Part shown: one piece after another, positions 11,451 through 24,639 of the stretch
How positions within the stretch are numbered: the stretch's first letter is position 1
Layout: every line of letters begins with the position of its first letter
Source: Chlorokybus atmophyticus
Lineage: Eukaryota > Plantae > Mesostigma and Chlorokybus algae
Assembly (NCBI GenBank): GCA_009103225.1
Contig: RHPI01002272.1
Coordinates: forward strand, 1-64,000
DNA length: 64,000 nt
Direction of reading: 5' to 3'
The notes under the pieces: generated by a model
What the model saw: only the letters and a program-made list of their open reading frames with translations
Database searches by the model: none
What the model was told of the DNA's origin: nothing
Program-made: the position numbers and the translations under genes

Positions 11451-13800
11451 AGGTTGACGTCTGGTACTTACGAAGGAACAAACCGCAGTAGTTGTTGCTA
11501 TACTCCCAGCCTTTCACCCATTGCCTCCTCCTCATGCGCCGCCACCGCGGCCGCCGCCGCCACCACCAAACCTCGCTGCCGGTGATGAAAGAGTGATTGG
11601 ATAGCGCTAACCGTCAGCTTGTCCTTGTGGGCGGGGGCGGCGGCAGCATTGTCGTCTTCGCTGAGGATGAAGTAGGCGTCATCATCGTCTGACGGGTGTC
11701 CTGCCTCCAGCTCGAACATACCAACCCACGGGTTGGCTCCCACTCCGACGCCTCTCCTTTGCAACTCATGCTCTCAATCCCACACTTGCAAGCATCCAGA
11801 GAATGCGTAATCGCGTACAAGTTTATGGGAGACAAGCGAATAGGAGTATGTGCATTGGTCATCAAGAGCAAGAGTACATGTCTGTGACTTTGTGGTCGAA
11901 GAGCATGTGAACATGTATGTGCGAGACTGCATGTGTGGATGAGCGGTAGCGCTCGAGTTTTTGCTTCAGTGGCTGTGCCTGTGTTTGACTGTAGGGTTCA
12001 GCTTTTGTCATCACGTGCAGAATGTGTGAGTGTCGTGCTGTTGTCCTTCCGCTGCCTAACCATATACGCATGCAGTTGATAGCACCCTTGAAAGTACCAT
12101 GCTTAGTGTTGTAGTTGCTTTGGGAGTGTAGCCTGTCTGAGCAATGTACCCAAGTTGCTTGCTAGCATGGATGCAGCATGCGTAGGAAGCCACCCAACCA
12201 TCATTTTATGACAGGGTAGCGCGGAAAGCAACAGTGGTATCCGACGCAATGATACATAACTTACAGCATCCAGCATTGACTGAAACAGCGTTCTCGGCGC
12301 TGTCTCGTCCGCTCGACACATATTGTATTTATTTCTTTCTTTGCTGGCCACACTGCCTACACCAAGCGGACTGGCTAGTGCGCATAGCCTCGCCTAGCCG
12401 CAACTGTAGTCAGCCATTAATGCATGGCTGTCGCCTTACCCAACTAGGGCAAGTTGTGCGGCAAATTGTTGGTTGCCTATGACAGCATGTGGGGGCGATG
12501 TGGTTGCACACGCACGATCACATGGGTAGAGACTTGCCATCATGTATAGTACACAACTGTAGAGTACAAGTGAAGAGTACAAGTAATGCTAGACAACGGT
12601 ACACACATCATATCCGTAACAATCTGTGTGCCTTCTGGGACATGGGACATCCTGGTCCACTCTGTTTGGGGTGTAAGCGAGTCAACCGAAGTCGTACATT
12701 TGATACACTAACAGCCGGCGCCCTACCCGTGCAATCAAGTCTCTGTCAGCAAGGCAGGCTCCGGAAGAAGAGGCCTCTTGACAAATGTGCGCTGACCAAT
12801 GCCTGCAGAGCAACGGTCGAACAACACCTCGTCCAACAGGAACTCTATCCCCGCCAACACTGTGGGCGCAGTACTCCACGAACCACTTGCGGATGTTGGT
12901 ATACGCCATCCGGAAGGTACATCTGCGCAAGGTGCCATGCTTACCACCAGGTAGATCCCATCGGTTAATAAGAGGTGTTAGGTAGTTGCATTAAGGTGTT
13001 TCGACGAGCGGAACTATTCGACCAACTTGTTGTAGTTTCGTATCATAGCCAGCCCGGGCATGTCAGTCAATCCTTGTGCAATTTTCGGATATAATGTCCC
13101 AAGCACGATCAGCATGCAATGCTTCATTGCAAACGACGTCACCCTGGCATAACTCATTATACCCTCTTCGCCTAGTTCGCTTTGATATCAGCAAAGAAAA
13201 TGACAACAGGCACATATTTGCCGTACTAACAGGTGCCGTGCAACAGCACAGCTCTTACAGCCTACGATCATTTACATTGTAAATGGTAACAGTTAGGCAT
13301 GGTAGGCGCTGGGCAGGCGCCTATCGCTCCTGTCTGTCTCAAAGGGCGTTCACCTCGTCGTGCCCTGCCTTTGAAGGGCCAGTGCTGGGTTGTTAAAATC
13401 TGTCGCTTTGTCGGGGCCATCGAGCTCAAGCTTTGCTGTGGAACTCGCCAGCATCCGACGATGCAGGGCTGTGGCCTTGCCGTAGTCGTAATCCTCATCA
13501 ATACCTGCTACTTGCATATCTCAAAGCGTAGCCAACATGATGAGCCTTGGCAATGCTGCAAGATGCATTCGCATCTCTGCAGATTGCTCTGCTCCTTGCA
13601 GCGTGGGAAGGCTGCACAGCCCTCGACCACCCATTGGTGATCAAGAGATGCGACTGCCACTGTAGTCAGAGCACAAAGCCTTGCCACCGGTGGTGTACCC
13701 AGCGATTGGGTCGCCCGACAAATAGCCGTCACAGTCAAAATACCAGCAGCAGATGCTCTGCACCATAACCATCGCCTGCAGTGTCAGCAACACGTGCGTA
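10500..13800. repeat. Copy A of a roughly 3.5-kb duplicated segment (copy B about 60370-64000); contains highly degenerate LRR-like coding remnants on the minus strand
   Basis: Long collinear blocks shared with 60370-64000, e.g. ccagcctttcacccat/ac.gcctcc, catagccagcccgggcatgtcagtcaatccttgtgcaat, cctcgaccacccattggtga; remnants LCSLPTLQ, LPRLIMLATL, ISALPDGICLL. Confidence 0.8.
11409..11449. repeat. (GA)n microsatellite
   Basis: Read directly. Confidence 0.95.
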
Positions 13801-14204
13801 GGTCGATGTCTATAATGGGTGTGCGTGCGTTGAGTGCTGTTGGTAAAACTGGCTGTGCATGCATGTACATTTGTCAGCATGCATACTCGTACATGTAGGT
13901 TGACCTACCAAAGTGGCTGCATGCGTGAGCGCGTGTCAGCTTTGTTGGAGAAGGTATGCGCGTGCGCGTATGCATATTGGTTCATGTGCCAGGCATAATA
14001 AACAGGTTTCCCGTCAGTCTGTAAGACGTGTTGATGTAAGCATACGTGTGTACACTGTACACACATGATGTGTAATCGTGCACCATATATGTGCCCTAAT
14101 CCAAGCATAGGTGCAAAATGAGCATGTGTGTGCGGCCGCTCTTACCTCAGTAAGGTGAGGGTTACCATACCCTGCAGCGCCGATTGCCTCACCCGCCTAC
14201 ATAC

Positions 14205-14566
14205 TTAGCGCACATACCAGCGAGCACATACAGGTTCTGGCAAGGCAGCCCAATTGCTATACTTACTGCCGTCCTGCTCCTGCAGCGCTGCTTCCGTCCT
14301 CTTTATCTTGAAGTCTGTGTCAGTTAGCAGCAGCACCAGCAAGAGGCGGCAATGGAAGCCACAACAGCAGGAGCCAACATACTGACAGATTTCGGCAGCG
14401 CCGTGAAGTGGAAGCACTGCCAAAGGTTCAACTCTTGCAGAGCAGCGAGGTTGCTGAAGGTCTCCAGCGGCAACGTCAAGTTGTCGCATAAGGCTAGGTC
14501 TACCCATTTGAGAACAGTGAGGCTGCCGAAGGACTCCGGCAGCGACGCCAAGCTATTGCAAGCACA
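14205..14566 (-). pseudogene. NLR-type LRR fragment, cut at its 5' side by a repeat insertion
   Basis: CNSLASLPESFGSLTVLKWVDLALCDNLTLPLETFSNLAALQELNLWQCFHFTALPKSV. Confidence 0.8.
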
Positions 14567-14567
14567 T

Positions 14568-15240
14568 GGAAAAGTCAGCGCAAACCGCAGTGGTCACAAC
14601 CGTTGTGACCATCAGATCACGGGTTGGGACTAGACTCACGACCACGAGCCTACAGTATGGTGGCGACGTCCGACGACCATTAATGGTGCAATGTTACCAC
14701 CTTGTTGCTGGTTCGCGGACCATACTGGTGTGATTATAACCAAGATTCACCGCCAGTATGGTGCCGAATAATCCGCACCAGTCATGGCGGTGAGGTTACA
14801 CCAGATGTGGTGCATACGGTCAAGACCACCATAGTTGTGACCTTCATGCCATGCATGGTGTGTTACCACCTCGTTGCTGGTCCGCGGACCACACTGGTAT
14901 GGCTGTAACCGGTATTCATGCTGGCCACTGCGGCATGACAATTACACCATTAATGGTTATGACGATTGACACCAGTGTGACATGACATTTATACCAGTCG
15001 TGGTCATGACGGTCGGCACCATGGCGGCCTAACCGTGACGCCATGTATGGTGGAAACAGTCATCACCACTATGGCATGACCGCCATAACCAGTGTTGGTC
15101 ATGACATTCATGACCACCATGGTCCAATGATCACCACAAGCATGGTGCACACTTTCACAACGAGTATGGCACAATTGTTATGCCAGTGTTGGGAAGATGC
15201 ATCACCACAAGAAACCATTATTGGTTGTGGCAGTTATACG
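14568..15240. repeat. Region of many short direct and inverted motifs (GTGGTCA/TGACCA, CACCAT/ATGGTG); probable subterminal region of a DNA transposon; related to 38857-39240
   Basis: Both regions begin ggaaaagtcagcgc and are rich in the same motifs; both abut LRR remnants. Confidence 0.55.
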
Positions 15241-15419
15241 ATGCCTGATTTCATCGCCATGCGAACTGCAAAAAGCATGCATAAGAAATGTACAACAACG
15301 CCAGTTGGCAACTCGCAATGCACCTGGAGTGAAACTTGCAGAAGGCCAAGCAAAGGTTTATTAGTGCAAGTACATTATGTATGTACAATTTGCTAGCCAA
15401 AACATGCTGCTTATAACCC

Positions 15420-17889
15420 TACTAGAGCGTCAGCTTGCGGCAACACGCACGAAGCAGCCCTGCGTGCTGCCTTGCCAGGCATCAGATACTCAGCACGCCA
15501 TTGCACTCCTGGCTTCTTCTTCGTTAACCACCACACAACCTCGTGGTCTCCCTCCCACTCGACCCAGCGCTTGTCAAATGCAACCCTCAGCAACTTGTCG
15601 ATTCGCTCACGGGTGGTAAACAGCAGCTTGGGGTCCTTAACAGCAGCTCCGTACGTAACACGATGCGCAAGACCTCGTGCACAATGGAGTCTGAGGGGTT
15701 TTCCTTCACATCGCAGCAGACAGCAGCGGCGCGGAGCCGCGCTTCATAGGTTCCAGACAAGCTGGGGTCTGCATTTTGCAACCCCACGACAGTGTGAGAC
15801 AGCAGCAGCTACGGCGATGACAACTATAACATATTGACTATGATTCACCTCTGTATCACCTTCGAGCGAAGGGACCTCACGCGGGGTGGCACAGGCGTGA
15901 TCTTTAAAGCACCATTAAAAACAGTCAGCGATGCCGCAGTTTACATCATTGCTTTCACTGCAATTAGGGCAGGGGCATACAGCATCCTGTGTGCACAAAA
16001 ATGATGGTCATGCGATTTCTCGACCCACCTGTTACACACATACACAAGCGCATACATATGAGTGAAACAGGCTGCAATTTAGTGCTGTGTACATGGAATT
16101 GAAATGTATCTCTTACCCGCTCGCTTAGACGATGCGCAGACTCTCCGTGCCAGCCGTCCTTCTTGGATGCTGGTATGCAAATGCGGGCATCCATCGCGCT
16201 CCGACACTCGCACGGCGCACACCACGTAACCTGGATGGCGTATGAGCGGCAGGATGCTCCTGGAGTTATGCTTTTTACAATCCCCGTTGCCATTGCAAAT
16301 GTAGTGAACGCTGGCTCCCTAGCACAAGCAGCTAGTGAATCAGAACATGCACTTGTCCATGCATATAAATTTGCAGCATTTGGCATGCTACAACAACGAT
16401 GCGCCGCAACATACAATGTACCTTGCTGCAGATGCCTCTTGCAGCTGCACATCCGATGGCGGTGCAGTAACATGCTGTGCATCCAGCCATATGCCAAGCA
16501 GCACAATGTTCAAACCCTTCTGGTGGTTATACGGCTGAAGCACCCCGAGGTCTGACCAGCAGATGTGGAGTTTGCACACGACCTACCGATGCGAACTCGC
16601 TTGTCCCGCGCCGCTTGTTTGCGCTCTTCCACTGTGGGGCCGTTGCGGTTGCCGCGCTTGCAGCTGTTGATGACCTTCTCAATGAACTGCCTATGTATTC
16701 ACACCCATGCGCATAAGTATGCACCTCACCATGTGCAGCAGCTGCAGAATGTACAGACAATGCAGCAATGCATGAGACAACATGTGCACTCACCCTCATC
16801 CCATGCAAGTTTGTAGTCCCCCCAAACCAGGGGCTTGTGTTCGTTGAAGACTTCTCTGATGCACTCTCGTCGCTTGTCGATGTAGGCTGAGCTACTCTCG
16901 AAGTTGGCATTCCTTGCAGAGCCGTCGGGGAAGTGCTTCTTAATGACTTGAAGCAGGATCCGCCAGTTGTCCTGCATGACCATGGACTGACCTTTTTAGT
17001 TCTGTGCCAAAAACTGCATGCCTGCGCAAACAACATAATCAGACCAAGTAAGACTGAGTGCGATTTCGAACGGAAAACTCTTAGCAGAAGACATACGGTG
17101 TCTATACCTGCATGCAGTCCGCACTATCATGTACCACGTTGCAATAAACCAAGAGCAGACACGAGCATGAGACTTATGAACGGCCTACAGCAAGTGCAAG
17201 GCACTTAGCAGCCACACTGCCTGGCGTTCCGCAAGCACAAGTTCCACATTTGAAACTGCGACATTGCAACAATGAATGCAACGTGTGTGTGACAGTAGCT
17301 GGGATCAAGGCAAGTGCTTATTCCAACAGCAGCGGCATGAAATCTCAGCGCAGGTGGATTCAATGTAGGCCATAACCGAGAGCAAGTGGATACTGCCTGT
17401 TGGGATGCCTGCGCTAGGGTCGCCTTTCACGCGGAAGCACCTTTGGGCGGTGGGGTCTGTCGGACTGCTTTGTGGTGTCGGGAAGCCAGGCTCCACAAGG
17501 TTGATGATGTCAGACTCGGTGCCGCTTGTGAGTGTCTGCAATGGCGGAGCGGCAGTTTCTATGTCATGCAAAAGCTTGGAGATGACTCTCACTGGCAGAC
17601 TCATGGCGCGGAACAACTCGCAGTTGCACGCTAAATACGCTGCACCATCCACCATGCTAGTTTTAAACAGCTTTGCAAAGTCGCCGCAGGCAATGATGAT
17701 GGTGGTGTGCTCAACTATACCCTCCACTGTCAGGCTGCCTACACCCGCCATGGTAGCTGCGCCGCCGCCGCCGCCGCCGAGAGCTGCTTCACTAACTTGC
17801 GCTGTGCCGCAAAATGGAGCGGTTGGGGAATTTACAGGCAATCGTTTGGATTTTCGTGCAATGCGCGTTGACCTCACCAGGTTGACCAA
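15420..17889 (-). pseudogene. SAM-domain protein, second copy, divergent from the CACTA-like transposase
   Basis: SAM-like GDFAKLFKTSMVDGAAYLACNCELFRAMSLPVRVISKLLHDIE; VMQDNWRILLQVIKKHFPD, AWV*IHRQFIEKVINSCKRG and FAMATGIVKSITPGASCRSYAIQV...DARICIP match copy 1. Confidence 0.55.
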
Positions 17890-19009
17890 TCTAGAGTCTC
17901 CAAACGGACTCGGTAGCGCACTAGCGCACTAGCGCACGTGACGTTGTGCGGTCGGTAAACAGTAGGCGGCGGCTAATCTGGCCGCGGGCGTAGGCGGTGG
18001 CGGCGGGTGGTAGAGTGTGTGCGCTAGAGTGGCTAGCATGTTCACCAGTATATCCAAGGTTACAAAACATCAACTTTGCGACAGAGCATTCAAGCGCAAG
18101 AGGCAAGAGGATGCGCATCTGTTAGGCCATGCAGAGCAGCAGGAAACTACGCAGAGCGGCATGTCGCAGTCCCAAGTCTTGGATGGGTTTGAGCCGCATT
18201 CTGCCGCGACAGACAGTACGCATGCTGAAAGCATGCACCATGCTGGCTCATGCACGAGACGGGCTCGCCTGCTGGCTCAAGTCGTGCATTGGTGTATGCT
18301 CTCTGCTGGTGTAGCAAATGCAAAGGGCTCAAGCAGGTATGATGCATGCTTGCAGCATTGGTCTACAGCGCTGAGAATACACGCCTAGTGCATGCCGCAC
18401 GTTACTCACATGGTGTTGCGTGTTAGCCTATTAATACGTTGAAGATTGGACGGCACCTTCGGCGCGACCAGTTGGCGCAGGAGATGGTGCATGGCCAGAA
18501 AGCGGCTTCACCACTGCAGCAAACAAATGAGCATGTGCGAAACATCCTACAGGAGCATCTGAAACAAACCAATTAGGAGCACGAGTCCTCAAGGAGTATG
18601 TTGACAATGTTGACATACACATGTGCAAGTGACACGCCAACAATATCAACATAAGAGCATGACTGCTACTGCCATTAATGCCATACAAGTCTAGGGGTTT
18701 TATACCCCGCCAGTTTCTACACACGTCTACATTTGCAAGCACCGCGTGCACGATACTCAGCCTTTCAACGCGCTCTAAGTTGCGCTGTTTAGCTCACGAC
18801 TAGAGCTTTTCAACGAGCTAAACCACGTCTGCTAAGCTTACGTATCCACAAAGCTACACGGTTTCTCCCAACGCTCTACTCAGCATCTAGTCCGGAGTCC
18901 GTCCTGGCTCGACCGTCTTGCTAAGTCCGGAGTCCACGTGCTCGGCCCATACCTTCGACTCTGGACTCCTGTGTGGAGGGCAAGCTGACCGGATACAAGC
19001 ATCACCCAT

Positions 19010-22000
19010 GTGATACCTTCAACAGACAAGACGCTGGAGTTTATCCGCATCGCGGATGAACGCGCGCTATCTGCTGCATTTATTGACGACGTGTTGAGGT
19101 GGGCCTTTGGCGGCCCGCAAAGCCTTGCTGCAATTGCATCCAGAAATCAATGGCGGGATGACGAGCATGCTGCAAGCAAGGTACCACACAGCCGGTTTCA
19201 TGCTTTGGCTGCATTAGGTGCGAGTAGCGGCTGTTGCCAGCGAAGTGCCGGATGGGGCTGTGTACGTTCACTGTTGAGCTTTGCCATGGCAATTCATGTG
19301 ACAACGCTGTTTCTTTTGCGTGCTGACGTCAGTGTATTGGCTACATAACATGTTGAAGCAGATGGGCATGCCCGTGCCGCTGAAGTATCATGCTTGCGTG
19401 AAAGATGGGCACTGGCATCTCTTTGATCCGGTGCCATTGGAGCTTGAGCCCGCTGATGATGGCACCAACACCCCAAATGGCAGCGTAGGGAGGCGGAGAT
19501 GCAGCTGCTAATGAAGGAGAAGTGTCCTACCTGCAGCGCTGAGCGTGGCAGCATTGTAACCTTTACTACCAGTCTTTAAAGGCTCGCCTGCAGCTGATGT
19601 TGAAGTCGCCCTCTGTGTGCGAGCAGCTGCTGGAGTCCTGGCGCAAACAGGGCAACTAATATCGCAAGTCAGCAAGCCATGCACCGGGAGCACAGAGGGA
19701 AGTGTGGGACGGCAAGAAGTGGAGGCGGTTTTCATGGTTCTGGGACCCTAGCCAGCCTATCGTGTTGCCCGTGTTCTGCACCTATTGCAAGCATATGCAC
19801 ATACCGGAACATGACATCCCAGCCGAAGGCCAGATGTTCCTGGCGGAGTGGGTGTTCAATTGTGTGAACAGTCTGTGCCCAAAACCCAATAACTGGCAGC
19901 TGCGCCAGTGTACATGGAAGTCCGCAAACTTGGCGCTTATTGGTCATTGGGACGGCTTTTCTACTGCCACCACATCGAAGCGCAGCACGTTGGCTGTGAG
20001 CCTCCAAGTCCCGAATGGTGGTGAGTGTAGTGGCTGCATGCAATGCTGCATCTAGCCCACCTTTGGTATTCATTTCTTGTCTCCGCGCAAGCAAGAAGGT
20101 GAATTGAAAGAACAACTCGTTGCTACCTGTTATGTTCATACCCAAGGACTCTGTCCCCAACGTCCCAGACAACTTCGATGCCTTCTTGGAGCCACTGGTG
20201 TTGGAGCTACAGAAACTGTACGCCAATGGCATGCAGGTTGAGTATGCTCTGTCCAACGCGCACGTGCCAACAACACTGCCTGCCCGGGCAGCGGGTGAAG
20301 TGTGCATGGTGCGGGCCATGCTCTTTCTCTGGACAGGCGACCATCCAGCTCAATGCGATATGGGCAAGTTTACTGGTGCCGGTGCGAGATGCCCTTACAG
20401 GCGGTGCCATGTGGTGGGCAACGAGGAAAAACGCAAAGCTCATCATAAGAATTGCGTGGAGCAGCCAGATCACACGTTTACGATTGACTTGGTGGCTTAC
20501 GACACCAAGCGTTATGTGTATTCACTCAATCGTGAGGTGAACCGTCACCCCCCGCCTGCACGGAATGCAGCGGAGACACATGAGGTTGCGCTCCGCCATG
20601 AACCCGACGCTGCGGGCATCGCGCCTGAATAGGCGGTGCGCAAGGAACTTGGATTCAACACTGGCGTCAAGGGATACAGTCCCCTGTGGCGCTTGTATGA
20701 CTTGTACGAGTTCGACCCAGTTCTCGACCTGGTGTTCGACACTATGCATGTCTTGGCTGAGAACATGGCCAAGTCGCTGTGCAAGCGCTTGATTGGCTCG
20801 GGGGGTGAGGCAACAGGTGGATCAAATGCATTGGCTCCAGCGGATAGGAAGAGGGTCCATGACCGTATCGAGGCGTTTCAGAAGTCACTTACCACACAGC
20901 TAAAGGCTGGTCGTTTTCCTCACGGAATTACATCCAGGCAAGTCTTGTGAGGTGTTGTTGGTAAAGGGGTTGGTGGTTGAAATACGATAATCATCTGCGC
21001 AAATTGCCAGATGAGCGCATTTGCAGCACACATCTGTTGACGGTGGCAGTTTGTAACCAGTTATGCTTCAACCTTGCAGGCTTGGCTAGTGGAAGGCTTA
21101 GGAACATCAGAAGTTCGTGCAGCTGATCATCCTGTACATTACAGACTTGCTTAAAACTGTGGAGCAAGGTCTATGCATGACTGTGCATGAGATATTCCGC
21201 ATGTTCTATAACGTTACACGGGTTGATGGATGGACCAGAGGCCACATGGACTACGTCAATGCCTTGTTGCGGCACTGGCGAGTCATGTCTTAAGAGTACT
21301 TGGGGACGAACAGCAAGGCGCTGGAGCACGCTGCAGGGGCTGGGCACTTGCTTGAGGACCTCGTTAATCATGGCACGCATGAGATCTACTGGTGCTATGT
21401 ATACGAACGAAAAGTACACGAGCACCTGGAGTTGCACATCAACAAGAAGGAGTACGAGTTCACGTATATACACAATGCGCGGGAGTGGTTTGTGTGCACG
21501 GTGGAGCAGATCAAGCTCGACAACATTACTGGTCTTTGCGACAGCGAGCGAGCATTAGCGCACATCATGACGCACTACAGGCCTTCTATCCTGGAGAAGG
21601 TGACTGAAGTGCAGCCCCTCAATCGCAAGGGTTGGTACCAAGCGCGCAGCATGGAAGCGGCTCGTGCTCTGTGGCGTGTCATTGAGTTGCATCCGCATTC
21701 CTCTATCGCTGAAGAGGCATTGGATTGCGTCCTCATTGGTGATAGTTCAGTGAAACTGCTGTCCGACAGGGACTTCAGTGGAGTAGATGGCGTGCTGCAG
21801 TCCATGAACTGTACAAAGCTAGAGACAGCATTGCAGGTGGCGACTCACTTCAGGGCCATCAGCATACGAGGCGTTATATACAGGCTGTCATTTTGTGCTG
21901 ATGCTGCGATTTGCCATGTTAGACACCGTGTACTGAATTGTGCTCGGGGGTGGCAAGTCGCAGTTTAAGCAATGGTATGCATGCGTTTTGCCTGGTTACA

Positions 22001-23290
22001 GTGGTGCGGACGAATTGTGATTATAATGGTATATCGTGTTAATCTAACAGACAATGTGCGTTTGTAGGAAGCAAGAGGACGTGGTGTATTGCGTCAGTAA
22101 ACGTGAGGTGGCCATCGCGCAACTGTCTAGCATCCTGGTCCACGAGCATGTGTACTGTAGATGCGTTTTGCGCCTGAGGGTGTACTTTATATTCCATGGT
22201 GACTTGCATGGTAACGTTGTCGGTGACATGGCGGCGACCCCTGTCGACAAGGACCGCAACACTACGTTGTATATTCCTGCCCGAGATGTGCTGCGCAAGG
22301 CAATGCTGTTATCGGTGCCCTTTAAGAGTGCGCCGGATACTGATCGCCTTGCATACGACGTGCATTGCACGGTGGTGAGGTTGCCATTGTCGGATGTGGA
22401 TGGCCCAGTGCATCCGGTCAGTTGTGATGTAGTCGAGCTGCGAGAGGGGGACAACACCATGTGGGACGAAACGATAATTGACGCTGTGTAGGCGTGTCTT
22501 GAACACGGACGATGTGCTGAAGGAGGCCTTAATTCAAGTCCTGGAGAGTGTAACGCGGGGCTTAGCCAACTAGGCCATGGCAGCAAAAGTAGCTACCATA
22601 AGAGGTTGTGTATGGCTTATCAATGCTTCATAAGCCCTTCGTAGCCTACTCCACATTAACCGGCAATACATACAACCCGGCTCTAACCGCGACTTTACCT
22701 GCACATCTAGTCTTTCATGACCGGTAGGGCTAGGTCGCGTCCGGTCATGACCAGCCATTACCAGTCATGCCGCATAGTTTTCCGCGACGACTTGCCACGT
22801 TGCTGCGCGCAGGAGCAACCCAGCGCATTGACTCAGTCGACTTAACCTCACAGTTAAATTCGTAACCATTCTCACTAACTACCTTGCATCGTTTCCGACG
22901 TTCGCGAAAATTTACCCACTCACTCGCAATTCCTTGCGCCCGATGGGACTCGATCTCATAACCTCTAGAATTTCAGCTCCGATACCAATGTAACGCGGGG
23001 CTTGGCCGACTAGGCCATGGCAGCAAAAGTCGCTACCATAAGAGGTTGTGTATTGCTTATCAATGCTTTATAAGCCCTTCTTAGCCTACTCCACATTAAC
23101 CGGCATTACAGAGAGTGCGCCGGAGTTTGCACACAGTTTGAAGGACTCCGCCGTGGTAAGAGCCAAGTCAAGTACGCGGCGATGCGCGCGTCATTCGCTG
23201 CCAGGAGGTGATCCGTAGTGGCGTGAAACACTACGTAAGACGCCCAGCTGGTTTGCAGCCTCTGCCTGACTGGCGAAGGCACCAAATGTA
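19010..23290 (+). mobile_element. CACTA/EnSpm-like DDE transposase pseudogene with introns, interrupted near its 3' end by a TRIM
   Basis: CPTC...FYYQSLKARL, VWDGKKW, LIGHWDGF, FLEPLVLELQKLYANG, LFLWTGDHPAQ, SPLWRLYDLYEFDPVLDLVFDTMHVL, HALEH...GTHEIYWCYVYER; many stops and frameshifts; TIRs not located. Confidence 0.8.
22549..23110 (-). mobile_element. TRIM (miniature non-autonomous LTR retrotransposon), 562 bp
   Basis: 122-bp TG...CA LTRs at 22549-22670 and 22989-23110; 5-bp TSD GAGAG (22544-22548, 23111-23115); Met-type PBS TGGTATCGGAGC on the minus strand next to the right LTR. Confidence 0.93.
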
Positions 23291-23459
23291 CTTGTAGAGA
23301 GAGGTTTTACATAGCACGGACTAACCCTTAGAATCACTTGATGTTGGCTTACATGCGAGCGTCTCAATGCAACCCAGCTACTCCAACTGCAACCTCATCG
23401 TGTTGTCTAATATGTGCGCATTCGCATGCAAATCATACCTGTGCAAACAACTATTCCAG

Positions 23460-23521
23460 CCCTAACCCTAACCGATAACCCTAACCCTAACCCTAACCCT
23501 AGCCCCAACCCTAACCCTAAC
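23460..23521 (+). repeat. Interstitial degenerate (CCCTAA)n tract, about 10 units
   Basis: Read directly. Confidence 0.85.
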
Positions 23522-24039
23522 TGCCTGCCCTTAGCCCCAGCCTTAACCCTTCCCCTTAACCACACCGCCAAACCTTTCACAAAGCCCGCACACATAATTA
23601 CCATTACGTGTACGTATGCATACAGTGACCCATGCAAATGAGTGCCCTGTGCAATTGCATTGGATTGTCACTTTGCGAAGGAAGGAGAAAGCCAACTTGA
23701 ACTCCTTGCACAACACGCGGAACCTATATTAGTATGACCTTTTGGGATGCTTGAACACTGTACTTAAGTAGGGAATAGAAGTGGAGTACCGTGCTGTTGA
23801 AGCAGACTCGTATTCGTATATACACAAATTAGTTGCAAACATGTATAGTATACACACTACTACACATGTAGTGTAGGAAAGGAATTGCAACAGTGTATAT
23901 TAGTAAAGAAGTATACTACATGTAACTATAGCGGTATACACAACATGCATAGTTCAAGTAGGATTGTATGATTACAATATTACTACCATATACAATATGC
24001 ACACGTATATGGCCTAGATATGTACGTGTGTATATTGCA

Positions 24040-24430
24040 ATACATCCTTATAGTGTAGTGGAGTGTCAAAGTGTAGTAGAGTGTTGTAGAAGTGGCATTG
24101 CAGCAGTAGTGTAGTACCTGATAGGTAGAACTAAAGTCGTATACGATGGTGCAAGTAGGAACCATTAATAGCCATGCACAATGTGTAGGCATGCACCTTA
24201 TGTACATACAATTGTAGTGGAGTATTGAAGTGTGGTAGAGTGTTGTAGAAGTGGCATATAGCATTGGTGTAGTGTACTTCAATATAATAATAATTTCTAT
24301 AGACATATATATTGTTAACATACACCCTTTTTGCACAAGTACACTATATCAAGTGTTGTGAAGTGTTGAAGTGTAGTGGAGTGTTGTAGAAGTGCCACTA
24401 TAAAGTAGTGTAGAAGTGTACAAAAAGCCT
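24040..24430. repeat. AT-rich degenerate tandem repeat, about 3 copies of roughly 150-160 bp
   Basis: gtgtagt(a/g)gagtgttgtagaagtg recurs near 24075, 24230 and 24370. Confidence 0.6.
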
Positions 24431-24639
24431 AACTGGCGTAGTATGCACTGTAGTAGAAGTGGGAATGTATATTAGCCAGATACCTTGTCGTTACATGGCA
24501 GTATTTAAGCGTGTACATGGCGATGCAATGGTGGGTGGGTGTGCCATATACAGTGGCAGGCAGTTGGTGGAGTTTGGTGAAACACATAACCAAGTACAAC
24601 ACACGCATGCCTATGCACTACGCAACACACGGGGCGACA

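Noticed and set aside
23207-23221. CACTA terminus (gtagtg)
   Set aside because: Falls inside the apparent transposase coding tail; no matching opposite TIR or TSD found.
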